Shown: in pieces, positions 63,330-64,000 of the stretch
Layout: each line of letters opens with the position of its first letter
How positions within the stretch are numbered: the first letter of the stretch is position 1
DNA from: Candidatus Saccharimonadota bacterium
GTDB taxonomy: Bacteria; Patescibacteriota; Saccharimonadia; Saccharimonadales; Saccharimonadaceae
DNA length: 64,000 nt
Direction of reading: 5' to 3'
NCBI GenBank assembly: GCA_017962365.1
Contig: JAGCVL010000006.1
Coordinates: 769-64,768 of the forward strand
Notes under the pieces: generated by a model
What the model was told of the DNA's origin: nothing
The model's database searches: none
Seen by the model: only the letters and a program-made list of their open reading frames with translations
Program-made: the position numbers and the translations under genes

Positions 63330-63850
63330 GGATTTTAGGGATTGATCCGGGACTTGGTAGGTGCGGATTTGGATTGATCGAGACATCTTCCCGAAGTGGA
63401 GCTTCGGCACTAGATTTTGGTGTGGTGACGACGACGGTGGACATGGATTTACCAAACCGGTTGTTGGAATTATATGATTCTATTTTGGAGGTGTTCGAAG
63501 AAACAAAACCGGAAGTGGTGGCGATTGAAAAATTGTTTTTTGCAAAAAATATTACGACTGGGATTGCGGTGGCGGAGGCGAGAGGGATTGTGTTACTTGT
63601 GGCAGCTAAGAAGGGTCTCCCGGTATATGAGTACACACCGAATGAAATCAAAAAGAGTTTGACTGGGTACGGGGCGGCGACGAAGACGCAGATTTCGGAG
63701 ATGGTGCGAGTGCATCTTGGGCTAGAGAAGAAGCCGAAGCCGGATGACGCGGCAGATGCGCTAGCGGCAGCGATAACATGCAGTTTCCTATACATGACTG
63801 GTAAAAATGATGGTTATAAGTTTTCTAATTCTAGAAAGGAGAAAAAATGA
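63326..63850 (+). CDS. ruvC: Holliday junction resolvase RuvC
   Basis: MRILGIDPGLGRCGFG and the DAADALAAAI motif are present. Confidence 0.93.
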   Translation: MRILGIDPGLGRCGFGLIETSSRSGASALDFGVVTTTVDMDLPNRLLELYDSILEVFEETKPEVVAIEKLFFAKNITTGIAVAEARGIVLLVAAKKGLPVYEYTPNEIKKSLTGYGAATKTQISEMVRVHLGLEKKPKPDDAADALAAAITCSFLYMTGKNDGYKFSNSRKEKK

Positions 63851-64000
63851 TAGCACATATTAGGGGTGTAATTTCGGAGAAATTTGGGAATGCCTTGATT
63901 GTGGATGTGGGCGGTGTAGGGTATGAAATGACAGTAGCACTGTCGGATTTTGAGAGCGTTAATTTGGGCGAGGAGCGGAAATTTTACACGTACCATGCGG
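63847..64000 (+). CDS. ruvA: Holliday junction helicase subunit RuvA (3'-partial at the window end)
   Basis: The ATG at 63847 overlaps the ruvC stop (ATGA). The translation MIAHIRGVISEKFGNALIVDVGGVGYEM is typical of the RuvA N-terminus. Confidence 0.8.
   Translation, partial: MIAHIRGVISEKFGNALIVDVGGVGYEMTVALSDFESVNLGEERKFYTYHA

Noticed and set aside
63259-63795. 178-aa antisense ORF opposite ruvC
   Set aside because: RuvC on the plus strand is unambiguous, and the antisense product has no recognisable features.

Overview
The window is a gene-dense stretch of about 60 CDS and 6 tRNAs from a small, AT-leaning genome that uses the standard genetic code (TGA acts as a stop at several ATGA start/stop overlaps). 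The gene content suggests a Saccharibacteria/CPR-like, Gram-positive-type episymbiont; this is inference only. The supporting features are sortase plus an LPXTG substrate, a type IV prepilin-like gene, a minimal glycolytic set (pgi, gpmI), an arginine deiminase cluster, and many small membrane-anchored hypothetical proteins. Housekeeping genes dominate: folD-murB, recA-nudix-recX, truB, rpsO, pnp, lepA, ftsH, pepN, gltX, der, pth, dprA, topA, clpC-clpP, tsaE/tsaB, murC-like, radA-ruvC-ruvA. I found no rRNA, CRISPR array, transposase, integrase or reverse transcriptase. The most unusual signal is a family of elements about 90-120 bp long. They are roughly 80% G+C and highly palindromic, and they sit in frame inside conserved genes (murB, recX, truB, der, possibly lepA). 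Three copies share clear core homology, and each copy is flanked by locus-specific AT-rich inverted arms. Other notable signals: (1) an exact CIRCE operator over the clpC-clpP promoter; (2) about 20 genes with a TGnTATAAT box a fixed 6-7 nt before the ATG, implying leaderless mRNAs; (3) a GGGATTTAACAGA motif cluster next to tRNA-Leu(CAA); (4) a MITE-like hairpin with a 10-bp direct repeat; (5) a 1048-aa secreted protein built of Cys-pair modules. All calls rest on reading motifs by eye; no searches were run.
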